Positions 1-11,399 of a stretch of 64,000 bases of DNA are shown piece after piece (the first letter of the stretch is position 1; each line of letters opens with the position of its first letter). The notes under the pieces are model-generated. The model was not told where the DNA came from. It ran no database searches and saw only the letters and a list, made by a program, of their open reading frames with translations. The translations under genes were made by a program, and so were the position numbers. Where the stretch lies: the NCBI RefSeq assembly GCF_006345805.1, contig NC_043009.1:67084001-67148000 (forward strand), in the 5' to 3' direction. Source of the stretch: Octopus sinensis. Taxonomy: Eukaryota.

Positions 1-2
1 TA

Positions 3-51
<49 letters not shown>

Positions 52-52
52 G

Positions 53-86
<34 letters not shown>

Positions 87-121
87 TGTATGTATGTATG
101 TATGTATGTATGTATGTATGT
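1..121. repeat. (TA)n/(TATG)n microsatellite
   Basis: Direct reading; it explains the spurious MYVC ORF. Confidence 0.98.
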
Positions 122-130
122 ACGTTTGTA

Positions 131-315
131 TTCATTGATATTTAACTTAAATAGTGACTCAAGGCCCGTGAGTTTGGTGTGTTGGTACACTAGTTTGATA
201 AGTGCCAACGCACGAAACTCTCGGACCTTGAGTCACTCTATTACTTCTGTTAAATATTAATAAGAATATACATAGATTCATATTTTGAGACCCATTTTCT
301 GTTTGCACCAACATA
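131..315 (+). mobile_element. Penelope-like terminal-repeat remnant with inverted arm (family A)
   Basis: Imperfect palindrome about 131-262. The right arm plus its extension to about 315 is homologous to 19190-19320 (reverse) and partly to 37085-37135. It contains a hammerhead motif. Confidence 0.6.
192..237 (+). ncRNA. Type I hammerhead ribozyme motif, U3-A8 variant
   Basis: AGU-UUGAUAA-GUGC(caac)GCAC-GAAA-CUC(ucggaccuu)GAG-UC|ACU. Stems II and III are perfect, stem I is 3 bp, and the cleavage triplet is GUC. Confidence 0.65.
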
Positions 316-379
316 CCTCTGCGTTTGTGTGTGTATGTGTGTGTTTGTGTGTGTGTGTGTGTGTGTGTATGTGTGTGTA

Positions 380-880
380 GTAAAGATTATTTCCCAACAT
401 AATGAGGCAGTCTTGGTTAGGACGAATGTTACTGTTATTTAGCCCCAGGAGACATCGTCTGCAGCTGGCTATACGACACACGATCTGTGCCCTTATATTT
501 TCGGACAGGGGAGTTTGGCACCCACCACTCAACACAGAGCAATATATTTGGTCCGTGGTTTCTGGGTTATTTCCCTCCCTCGGCACAGAATAACTGCTCG
601 GCTGAGATGGCGCTGCCAAATCCTCGTTCGAAAATACATATAATTTTCAAAATGACACAGTCACTAATTTAATGAATAGAAAAATTGTTATTTCTAAATC
701 TCTCAACGAGAGATATTCAGTAACAGTACTCTAAATTAAAGATTATTTGCCAATATAATGTGGAAGTCCCGGTTGGACGAATGTTACTGTTATTTAGCCC
801 CCTGTTCGAAAATATAAGGACATATTGTGTGTCGTCTAGTCATCTGGAGACGATGTTTCCTGGAGCTATATAATAATGTT
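380..880. mobile_element. Unclassified rearranged repeat with direct and inverted segments
   Basis: About 380-447 repeats directly at about 738-803, and about 441-512 is the reverse complement of about 797-869. Confidence 0.55.
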
Positions 881-904
881 CTATTTATGTGTATATATAA
901 ATAT

Positions 905-1030
905 ATTCTTTTACTTGTTTCAGTCATTTGACTGTGGTCATGCTGGAGCACTGCCTTTAGTCGAACAAATCAACCCCAGGACTTTGTAAGCCTAGTACTT
1001 ATTCTATCGGTCACTTTTGCCGAACTGCAA
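905..1030 (-). mobile_element. SINE family 1, 3' fragment
   Basis: Matches the 3' end of full copies such as 26854-27276. Confidence 0.8.
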
Positions 1031-1036
1031 TATATA

Positions 1037-1092
<56 letters not shown>

Positions 1093-1112
<20 letters not shown>

Positions 1113-1500
1113 TTCCTCAGGTTTCTTGTGTGAAAAACGTTCACCCTGGCCCTTTGCCGATTCGTATTCGTTACCCATGTCTCGCATCCATATGTAAAAA
1201 TCGGAAGACAGAGAGTTTTGTACATCTTTATCCTCGCTGTTGGGTTGTCAGACGATCAGAGGTGTTAAAGCTGCGACATTACTCCACATGCTACTCTCCT
1301 TCTGTTTATAATGTCTCTTTGAGCTGTGAGAGAGATCAGTAACAATTGATCTAAGGTAAATGAATTTATCAACCCTGGGTAGCTGCTTTCCATTTGCCAG
1401 GACGCCTGTTGCTTCGTCTGTGTTTATATTAATGGTGGTGTAGTCTGTCTTCGATTCGTTTATTTCTAGCCTCACGGTCTTTGCTTCTTGCATGACACGT
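1093..1500 (-). mobile_element. RTE-clade LINE reverse transcriptase fragment (degenerate)
   Basis: The minus-strand peptide LEINESKT...LPRVDKFIYLRSIV resembles the RTE RT C-terminal L-IN-xKT...V-xF-YLGS motif. Confidence 0.7.
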
Positions 1501-2133
1501 CCTCTCCAAGTAGTCCTAGTCCTGTGCTTCTACGAGGCTAGGAGCAGACAGTCCTACTTATATGATTCTGATATGCGAATTCCATCCTCCGTACCGGTTG
1601 CAGCTTTCATCACATGATCTACCACCACCTAAACTAGATAAAGTGCTAAGGGATATATACACACAAACACACACATATATACATACATACATACACACAC
1701 GCATACCCACATACACACGCATACACACAGACGCACACATACACAGAGTTGATGTATAGATATCAAAAGTAAATCCATGATAAATTAAGCTAATCTAAAT
1801 TTAATCAATTATGTATCACAATTATGTAATTATACATTTAATAAGTATTATCTTAATGAAACAGCTGTCGAGCACAGTTTACATATGGACTGTATGTGAG
1901 ATTTCTACTTTACTCCTCCCATGTTATAGTTGTGCGTGTATGTATGTTTTACATACACACACATGCATATGTATGTGTGTATAAATAGATTCCTCTGATT
2001 TGTAAACAGAAGGAAGTGGATTTTTGTGTGTCATAGAAGAGTCGGGCATCGCCCATGACCTTCCTAGAGGACCTCCAAGACTGGTGGAGTGAAGGGATAA
2101 ACACACACACACACACACATATATACATACATA

Positions 2134-2317
2134 CATACACACACGCACATATACATACATGTATAAACACATACATTTGCAGACATACATATATATATAT
2201 ATATATTCATACCGAAGACGCTGCTTGAATGCATGTAACAGGGTGGACTCTGCAAAAGTATCTAAGGGCCAAGTGCTGATGTTAAACAGTGCGGCAGATA
2301 AACGTGTAAATATAGGT

Positions 2318-2358
<41 letters not shown>

Positions 2359-2780
2359 AGAGAAAGAAAGAAAGGAAGAAAGAAGGAAAGAAAGAAATGC
2401 AGTGTAGGAGCTGAAGGTAGAGGTAAATGAAAGGAAAATATAAGCGTGTGGTTTGGGTTATAGAAACTGAGAGTGTGTAAAAAGAGTGAGCTTGAGTTAA
2501 AGACTAAATATAGATAAAAAGAAAGATAGAGTAAAGATATTGATAGAGGGAGGTTTGTAGAGAATGAGAGAAAGAAAGAGAATTAAGATAGATAGAGAGA
2601 AAGTTTGAGAGAGAGAGAGAAAGAGAGAGAGAGAAAGAGAGAGAGAGAAAGAGAGAGAGAGAAAGAGAGAGAGAGATACTGAGTTTAAGAAATAGTAGGG
2701 TAAAGCAATAAATACAGGGTAGACGGTATAAACAGAATAACAGAAAAAGAATGATATAGAGGGGGAAGACTATAAATAGA

Positions 2781-2814
<34 letters not shown>

Positions 2815-3174
2815 GGAGATGATAGGAAAAGTGAAATAGAAGATAGAAAGATGGAGACAGAGAAGGGAAAAATAGAAAGAGGGAGATGAGAGAGTAGAAA
2901 GAGTGAGAGAGAGAGAGATGAGAAGATGGAAAAAGTGAGAAAGAAGAATGAGAGAAAGAGAGGGGGAGAGAGAGAGAAAGAGAGAAGAGAGAGAGAGAAA
3001 GAGAAAACAGAAAATAGTCAGAGAGAGAGAGAGAGAGAGAGAAGTTTAGAAGGCAAAGGGTGATAAATGTCTAGTTAGAGAGAGTGATAAAAAAGCAGAG
3101 AAAATTGTGTGTGTGTGTATGTATGTGATCACTCACTCCCTCTCTTTCTTTCTTTCTTTCTTTCCTTCTTTTTT

Positions 3175-3205
<31 letters not shown>

Positions 3206-3479
3206 CTCCTCTTACATACGTGCACGGACGCGCGCACACAACACACACAGATACGCACGTAAACACTCATCTACTTCCAACACACACGCACACATACACA
3301 CACGCACATATACATACATGTATAAACACATACATTTGCAGACATACATATATATATAATATATATATATTCATACCGAAGACGCTGCTTGAATGCATGT
3401 AACAGGGTGGACTCTGCAAAAGTATCTAAGGGCCAAGTGCTGATGTTAAACAGTGCGGCAGATAAACGTGTAAATATAG

Positions 3480-3530
<51 letters not shown>

Positions 3531-3773
3531 AAGAAAGAAAGGAAGAAAGAAGGAAAGAAAGAAATGCAGTGTAGGAGCTGAAGGTAGAGGTAAATGAAAG
3601 GAAAATATAAGCGTGTGGTTTGGGTTATAGAAACTGAGAGTGTGTAAAAAGAGTGAGCTTGAGTTAAAGACTAAATATAGATAAAAAGAAAGATAGAGTA
3701 AAGATATTGATAGAGGGAGGTTTGTAGAGAATGAGAGAAAGAAAGAGAATTAAGATAGATAGAGAGAAAGTTT

Positions 3774-3853
<80 letters not shown>

Positions 3854-3955
3854 CTGAGTTTAAGAAATAGTAGGGTAAAGCAATAAATACAGGGTAGACG
3901 GTATAAACAGAATAACAGAAAAAGAATGATATAGAGGGGGAAGACTATAAATAGA

Positions 3956-3989
<34 letters not shown>

Positions 3990-4507
3990 GGAGATGATAG
4001 GAAAAGTGAAATAGAAGATAGAAAGATGGAGACAGAGAAGGGAAAAATAGAAAGAGGGAGATGAGAGAGTAGAAAGAGTGAGAGAGAGAGAGATGAGAAG
4101 ATGGAAAAAGTGAGAAAGAAGAATGAGAGAAAGAGAGGGGGAGAGAGAAAGAAAAGAGAGAGAGAAAGAGAAAACAGAAAATAGTCAGAGAGAGAGAGAG
4201 AGAGAAGTTTAGAAGGCAAAGGGTGATAAATGTCTAGTTAGAGAGAGTGATAAAAAAGCAGAGAAAATTGTGTGTGTGTGTATGTATGTGATCACTCACT
4301 CCCTCTCTTTCTTTCTTTCTTTCTTTCCTTCTTTTTTTCTTTCTTTCTTTCTTTCTTTCTTTCTCTCCTCTTACATACGTGCACGGACGCGCGCACACAA
4401 ACACACACAGATACGCACGTAAACACTCATCTACTTCCAACACACACGCACACATACACACACGCACATATACATACATGTATAAACACATACATTTGCA
4501 GACATAC

Positions 4508-4525
<18 letters not shown>
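2134..4525. repeat. Tandem duplication, unit about 1160 bp (2 copies plus about 70 bp of a third)
   Basis: Units start at 2134, 3293 and 4453. The non-microsatellite sequence appears identical, and only (GA)n/(TTTC)n lengths differ. Confidence 0.92.
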
Positions 4526-4543
<18 letters not shown>

Positions 4544-4559
4544 AATATATATATTTATA

Positions 4560-4989
4560 GAGAGAGAGGGGGAGAGAGGTTTACACACACACACACATAT
4601 ATATATTTATTTATATTGATATAGCGTTAGCATGTGTGATGAAGGTATAACTGTAAGCTTTGAGGTAAAGAGAAAGATAACTAGAGAGAGAGAGAGAGAG
4701 AGAGAGAAGTTTAGAATTAGAGAAAGAGAGAGTGAAGATTTTTAGAGGCTGTGAAAAATGGATATAGTAATAGAGGGAGAGAGGAGAGAGAGAGAGAGAG
4801 AGGAAAGGGGATTAGAGAAATTATAGTGGGAAGCTTAGCAGTAGAGAGGAAGATGGATACCTAGTCAGAGAGAGAGAGAGAAAGAGAGAGAGACATAGAT
4901 AGAGGAAAGACAGAGAGAGAGAGAGAGAGGAAAGGGGATTAGAGAAATTATAGTGGGAAGCTTAGCAGTAGAGAGGAAGATGGATACCT

Positions 4990-5043
<54 letters not shown>

Positions 5044-5860
5044 AGAAAGAGAGAGAAATGGAGGAGGGAGGGAAAGGGAGAAATTGAGGAGAGTTAGAAT
5101 TGAGAGGGGGACAGAGATAGGTATAAGATTATAGAGAGGGGAAGCTTAGCGGTAAAAGATGAATACCTAGGTATAGGATGAGAGGGAGAGAGAGGGAGAA
5201 AGCGTAAGAGAGTTAGAATGAGGTGGAGATAGAGGAAGGTATTATAGAGAGGGAGAAGCTTAGAGAAAGATGGATACCAAGTGAGACAGAAAGAGGATAG
5301 GTATGCGATGAAGAGGGAGAGGTGTATAGAAAGGTAGAGGTTTAGAGGTAAAGACAAATATAGTGAGAGGGAGAGGAAGAGTGTGTGTGTGTGTGTGTGT
5401 GATAAGGAGGGAGAGCTATGTAAATTAAGAGAGAGGGGGAAGCTGAGAGGTAGATGAATATTAGTGAAAGAGAAAGAGTATGTTTTGTGTGTGAGTGTGT
5501 GTGTGTCTGTATATGTGTATGTGTCTGTATTTGTGTTTGTATAATAAAGAGAGAGAGAGAAAGCTATGTAAAAAGAGAGAGGGGAAGCTTAGAGGTAAAG
5601 ATGAGTATAGTGAGAGAGGATGAGTGTGTGTATGTGTATGTGTGTGTTTGTGTGAATGTGTGTGTGTGTGTGTGATAAAGAGAAAGAGAGAAAGCTATAT
5701 AGAAGAAGATAGAGAGGGGAGGTTAGAGGTAAAAGTAAAAGATGGCTATGTAGTTAGAGATAGAGATAGAGATAGATAGATAGATAGATAGATAGAGAGA
5801 GAGATGGTGTAGGATAAAGAGGAGGGATGAAGAGAGAGAGAAAGAGAGGGTGTAGGATTA
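4560..5860. repeat. Purine-rich (GA)n region with a degenerate GAAGCTTAG-cored satellite
   Basis: GGAAAGGGGATTAGAGAAATTATAGTGGGAAGCTTAGCAGTAGAGAGGAAGATGGATACCTAGTCAG occurs twice (about 4800 and 4928), with decayed copies near 5140, 5255, 5440 and 5585. Confidence 0.75.
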
Positions 5861-6148
5861 AAACGGAGGGGGAGGGTGAATGTAAAACTATTCAGGTTAC
5901 ACCAAAATGGCGGAACTACTGAGAGGCGACTGTGGATGAAAAAAAGTTTTGCTGTACTTTCGACCTGCCTGGGCAAACGTAAAGCAGTGAAACTATAAGG
6001 CCCCTTTCATTAGAGATTAAGTCCTGGAAACTTTTAAGGTGATTAACCTTCATTTTTTTTCTTTTTGCTTCATGTCACAATTTAATTCTTTATAAAAGTC
6101 AGGCCGTTCTTTTATTTTTGTTCTTTCTCTCGTTCTTTTTTTTTCTCT

Positions 6149-6340
6149 TTCCCTCACACACGTTCTCTCTTTCTTTCTCTTTCCCTCACACACGTTCTCT
6201 CTTTCTTTCTCTTTCCCTTACACACGTTCTCTCTTTCTTTCTTTCTCTTTCCCTTACACAGTTCTCTCTTTCTTTCTCTTTCCCTCACACACGTTCTCCC
6301 TTTCTTTCTCTTTCCCTCACACACGCTCTCTCTTTTTTTT
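6149..6340. repeat. About 32-bp pyrimidine minisatellite (TTCCCTCACACACGTTCTCTCTTTCTTTCTCT) x6
   Basis: Direct reading of the tandem units. Confidence 0.85.
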
Positions 6341-6769
6341 TCTTTCTCAGCCTCTCTCTCTCTCTCTCTCTCTTCTCTCTTTCATACTTTTTTCTTCTCC
6401 GCGCACTGATTCTATCTAGATAATTCCCCTCTATCACCTTTCATTAACTTAATTTTTCTTTCAAAGCTTCCTTTATTTATATCATTCATTATCTCAATCC
6501 CTTTAAAACTATTTTTCATCTCTTCAATGTTTTCTGTACTCATCTTCTTCTATCTCTTCTCTCTCAATCTCTCTTTCCTTTCTGTCCGACTGTCATTCTT
6601 TATTTTTCGTTCTTTCAGTTTCAATAATTCTATTTCTTTCTTTTCTCTCCTCCTCTAATCCCTTATTCGCTCCTTCCCTCACTCATTTACACTTTCTTTC
6701 AAACCTATCTCTTCCTCTCTACTTTGATCCCTTTCTCACCATCGCTATCTCTCCCACATCTCTTATACC

Positions 6770-7270
6770 TTCTCTTCAAGTGAACCCATAAAAAAACCCC
6801 TTCTTAAAGTTATGAGGAAACAAAGTTAGTCGGGGAGGAAAAAGTTCCGATTATATTGGAAATTGTAGGGCAAACAAATTCGGAGGGTTGAGGGCAAAGA
6901 AGTTACGGTAATTGACACAGGACGAATTTGTTTCCTCATAACTTTTTAAAAAATGGATATTTTGTAATGAAATGTTCAACAAATACTTTTTTAATGATGT
7001 AGATTATGTTTATATTGGTATTTAAGGTTAAAAATAAATAAAATGTTGGCGCTCACACATACATACCACGTAATTTTTTTTCAAAATTTCAAGTTTCGAT
7101 TTGTGTTAATTAATATGTATGCATGCGCACCTGACAATTTCTTTTTATATTAAATTCCAGTATAATTATAATCTACACCATCTGATATGTATTTGTAGAA
7201 ATTCCAATAAAAAATACCTATTTTTCTAAAAGTTATAAGGAAAGAAAAGTGGGGAGGGGTCACACTTGTA
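6770..7270. mobile_element. Probable DNA transposon remnant
   Basis: Internal inverted repeat AAAGTTATGAGGAAACAAA (about 6805-6823) / TTTGTTTCCTCATAACTTT (about 6928-6946), with a related motif near 7228. The family was not assigned. Confidence 0.35.
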
Positions 7271-8419
7271 TATCTTCGCTTTTTTGATTTCTCATTCAAT
7301 CACCAAATTTTCTTCCTATCTTTTAATATTTTCTCTCCATCAGCCTCTTTAGTTTCTCTCTTATGTTCTATCTCTCTTTCTTCCTGCCACTTTGGGATTT
7401 ACGTTTTAATAATGGTTACATCCCAGAAAAACGGTCCGGTTTCGATTCTTGGTTTGTCGTAGTTTAACATACAAAAAGTCACTTCATTTCGCATCACATT
7501 TCACTTTTGGCTAAATATGCCCACCACAAAGGAAAGGCATGAACATTATCACATCTCTTTTTGTTTTCCTCCTCTCTTTTCTCTGTTTTCCATTTCACGA
7601 AGATAACAAGGAAAACAAAACTCGCACAACAAACCCAAAATGCCAAGAATAAAAGAAAAATCACAACAAAAACGAAAACCATTTTGTATGACGAAAGAAA
7701 TGTTAGAAAGATAAGAAATAAGAATTCCAATCATTCACTTGAAATTCTTCGGTTTTTTCCTGCTAATAGTACACTTATCTTACAAGTGCTATTTGCTCTT
7801 TGGCCCCAGTTCTTCGTTCTCATTTATAATTCCATTTTAGAAAGCATCATTGGCACACACACACACGTACGTGTATATTTATAAAAGTGCCGTATGGACT
7901 TGATTAGTAAATCGTATTTTTATCTTTCCCGGAAGGACGAAAAGTGTAAGTGAACTTCGGGTGGGATTTGAACTGAGAATGTAACGGCCCGTGGTTAAAC
8001 ACTGCTTAATATTTTTGTTCGACGCCCTTTATAGTCCTTTATAAGACTATAAGATGTGGTTTGAAGGAGTGTTAGATGCTATTATTCTTTCCCCGAAAGA
8101 AGCTCCCTTTTTGGCTAATTATAATAGTCATTTAACTTCAAAGCAACCCCGATTCAACAAACCCATGATCCATTTGGCGTTGTTTTTGTTTAGGGCATAG
8201 TATTTCGAGAACTACATTATTTTAATGTGACTCCTTTTTTTTTTATGACTAAGGTATACACAGAGAATTTGGCTATTCTTTCTAGCACGACGAAGGGACA
8301 TGCATAATACTCCCTCGATGGCTCAAAGATGTTGGCATAAAATTGTGGGTATTCCGTGGTTTAGGCACCGAAAGAACATTTTCAAAATTGGAAGTCTGAT
8401 TCGGCTGCGCAAAAACAAG

Positions 8420-8712
8420 CGTCTTTCTAAAGGCGTTCTAAACGTGACCATCTCGTTTTTTAAAGGCGTTCTAAACGTGACCATCTCATTTTTTAAAGGC
8501 GTTCTAAACGTGACCATCTCGTCTTTTAAAGGCGTTCAAAACGTGGCCATCTCGTCTTTTAAAGGTATTCAAAACGTGACCATCTCGTCTTTTAAAGGTA
8601 TTCAAAACGTGACCATCTCGTCTTTTAAAGGCGTTCTAAACGCGACCATCTCGTTTTTTTAAAGGCGTCCTAAACGTGACCATCTCGTCTTTTAAAGGCA
8701 TTTTGACCATAA
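8420..8712. repeat. 33-bp minisatellite (AAAGGCGTTCTAAACGTGACCATCTCGTCTTTT) about 8.5 copies
   Basis: Units begin at 8429, 8462, 8495, 8528, 8561, 8594, 8627, about 8661 and about 8694 (partial). There are no spacers. Confidence 0.95.
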
Positions 8713-9021
8713 CCATTCCGTCACTTTATCCAAAATTTCTCCCGTGCTACATCGTATTTTTTTCTTCAAGATACAGATGATAGTTATAATCAGGGGTTTG
8801 CTGCCTGCTTTAGAAAAGGGTTGGTTTTGGGTGCTGGAACGGAACTGACCCTAGGCTAAACTACATCGAGAATTGTGTGTGTGTGTGTGTGTGTGTACAC
8901 TGTGGTCACTCAATATGGTGCAATAGTATCTACATTCCCGGCCAGTGTGTAATTTTCGTCAAATTAATAAAAAGAAATACTGGAAAAACAAACGTTTTTA
9001 CGAATTGAAGGACAACATATA

Positions 9022-9415
9022 TCTCTCTCTCTACATAAAGCTGAAGTTGTCTGTGTATGGCAGGTTTGGTAGCCTTCACCTAACCCTATCTCCTCCGAGA
9101 CCCTGCGGTGCAAGTTGACCAAAATTGAGAGTATGATAGAAGAAGGCTTGCTCTTCCTTCCGTAGAAGAAAAAATTCAAATCGGACCATGTTAACACCAA
9201 AAATTATTTACATCAAAAAGGTGCTTTTTTTCTATGAAAATCCCTATTTCTAATGATTTTTTGGTTGCTGTGTCGCCATTTTTCGGTGTATTTCAACCAG
9301 AAAAATGTTCACTTAAAGAGAATAACAAGCTACACAATGCAAAATGTTTACTTTTCAAAAATTCCAAATCTAAAGGGTCGAAACAAACCCGAGCAATGCC
9401 GGGCGATACTGCTAG
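9022..9415 (+). mobile_element. Non-autonomous Helitron
   Basis: A|TC 5' end, subterminal hairpin CCCGAGCAATGCCGGG (9388-9403), CTAG|T 3' end, no TSD. A second copy lies at 25440-25817. Confidence 0.85.
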
Positions 9416-9444
9416 TGTATATATATATTTACAACTCCTCGAGA

Positions 9445-9660
9445 CGGCGAGTTGGCAGTATCATTAGCACGCCGGGCAAAATGCTTGGCGGCGTATCGTC
9501 CCTCATCACGTTGAGTTCAAATTCTCCCGAGGTTGACATCACCTTTCATCCTTTCGGAATGGATAAAATTAAGGACCAGTTCAGCGCTGGGATCGATGCA
9601 ATCGATTTACCCCCTTTCCCTCGAAATTGCTGGCCTTGTGCCAAAATTTGAAATCAATAC
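9445..9660 (+). mobile_element. SINE family 2 (tRNA-like head, TTCATCCTTTCGGGGTCGATAAA-type central domain)
   Basis: A-box-like TGGCAGTATCA and B-box-like GAGTTCAAATTC; homologous to many copies downstream. Confidence 0.75.
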
Positions 9661-10271
9661 TTTACGACTCCTTGAAAAGGACACCTCTCCCACTCCCAAA
9701 ATAGTCTGGTCATGGGTGGCTCGGAAGGACCATAGCTGATCCTTACGATAAACAGTAACAACAAACTAGCTATTGTTTAGCCCAGCTAATGAGGATCTCT
9801 CCAGCTGGCCCATGGATCATTTGGGACCAGGCCACACGGAAATAATAAATTTTAAATTTTTATTCGATTTTATTGATTATCACAGTCTGTAGAGTGTTTT
9901 TATATTATGTAATATAACTGTGTGTGTGTGTATATATATATATACATACACACACACCTTCTCGACAGACGACAGAGTTGTGTTCCGACTGACAGGTCGT
10001 AAAGTCAATCTGGTTGTGGTTGTTTGTTGGATTTATATTATTCAACACAATTTCCATTCAAACACAACTGATGCTTGAAAGTGACTGAGTGAGAGACAGT
10101 GACAGGCAGCGGATACCTGGATCTGAGGGAGGCCTGCATTGCCAGATGCTGCCATAGATGTCATACGTGCAGCTACCCAACGTCCGAAAATCGATTTTTC
10201 AATTTATTTATTTAATTTTTTTTATTATTTTTTGTTGTCGAAAGCCGCATAGGTCAAAAGTTGAGGAGAAG

Positions 10272-10309
<38 letters not shown>

Positions 10310-10372
10310 TCAGTAGTTCATATGTCTGAAAGTGAAGCGTGTTCTAAAGTATTAGAACAATAATGTATTTTT

Positions 10373-10569
10373 AGGAAGTTAAAAGTCATGGCTGGTCATA
10401 GTGACCATTGGTTTTGCACCTATGAAGTGCTTAGCAGTATAGATGACTCCTCAGACTCAAATGATGCGCCTAGAGCCATTTGAGTCTGAGGAGTCGCCTC
10501 TTCTGCTAAGCGCTTTATAAGTGCGAAACTAATGGTCACTCTATGACCAGCCATAGCTTTTAACTTCCT
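10373..10569. mobile_element. Foldback element with about 92-bp arms and a hammerhead core in each arm (Penelope-like remnant)
   Basis: Arms 10373-10463 and 10477-10569, roughly 85% complementary, with a 13-nt loop. GAGU-CUGAGGA...GAAACUAAUGGUC|ACUC lies at 10482-10541. Confidence 0.65.
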
Positions 10570-10799
10570 GAAATATATTTATTAGGGAGGGTACCCAGCT
10601 GTAGAAGCCATGTCAAAACAGAAACGGAGCTTGGACAGCTCCCCAGATGGCCAGCTCCTGTCAAACCATCCAACTCATGCCGGCATGGAAAATGGATGTT
10701 AAATGATGATAGCGAAAGTAAAGAATACGCACACCCGGTGTTTAGGGTTAGGGATTTTGTTATGCTGAAAACAGGTGGTGTATGTATTCTTTACCTCCG

Positions 10800-11315
10800 C
10801 CAGCCCACCCTAAGCCTAATCCACACCCCACCATTGCTTTCCCCACTCTTGCTCCCCCAACATCCCAACACCACCACACCATACTCCACCATACCATACC
10901 ACATCACATCACACCACCACACACACACTAGCACTGACCACTTCCAAGTGCCACACCATCATCCACACACCTACACATGCACACACGCACACGTCAAGGT
11001 CACCAGCTCTCTTCTATACACACATACATGCTCTCTTATACACATGCACGCACACCTTCGTTTTGGGATCACCACTACTTTATTATCTCCCCTCCCTAGC
11101 TCTCCTGTGTGACCCTTCTGTCTGGCATTTGCCATGATAGATCGCTAGCCACTACACATTCCTTATTTTCTTTCCTTGTTTCTTTCTGTGTCCCTTTCTG
11201 TGGAAGAGCATAGGCTCAAAACGTTAAAAAATTTTTCACTTCCCGAGCGTTAAACTAATACATCTGTTTGTTGTCTGCACCACCTGTCTTTGTCTTTTTT
11301 CTGTGAATTCTCCCT
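10800..11315 (+). mobile_element. Penelope-like pyrimidine-rich terminal repeat with decayed hammerhead
   Basis: A C/T-rich tract is followed by TTT-CTGTGGA-A-GAGC(ATAG)GCTC-AAAACGTT-AAA at 11195-11228. Confidence 0.55.
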
Positions 11316-11328
11316 ATATATATATATA

Positions 11329-11369
<41 letters not shown>

Positions 11370-11399
11370 GCACACATATAAAATATGTATTCATGTATA

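Noticed and set aside
8420-8712. CRISPR-like array of 33-bp repeats
   Set aside because: The units are contiguous with no unique spacers, there are no cas genes, and the context is eukaryotic.
10740-10753. Telomeric TTAGGG repeats (also CTAACCCTAACCC near 57001)
   Set aside because: There are only two units each, embedded in TE sequence.
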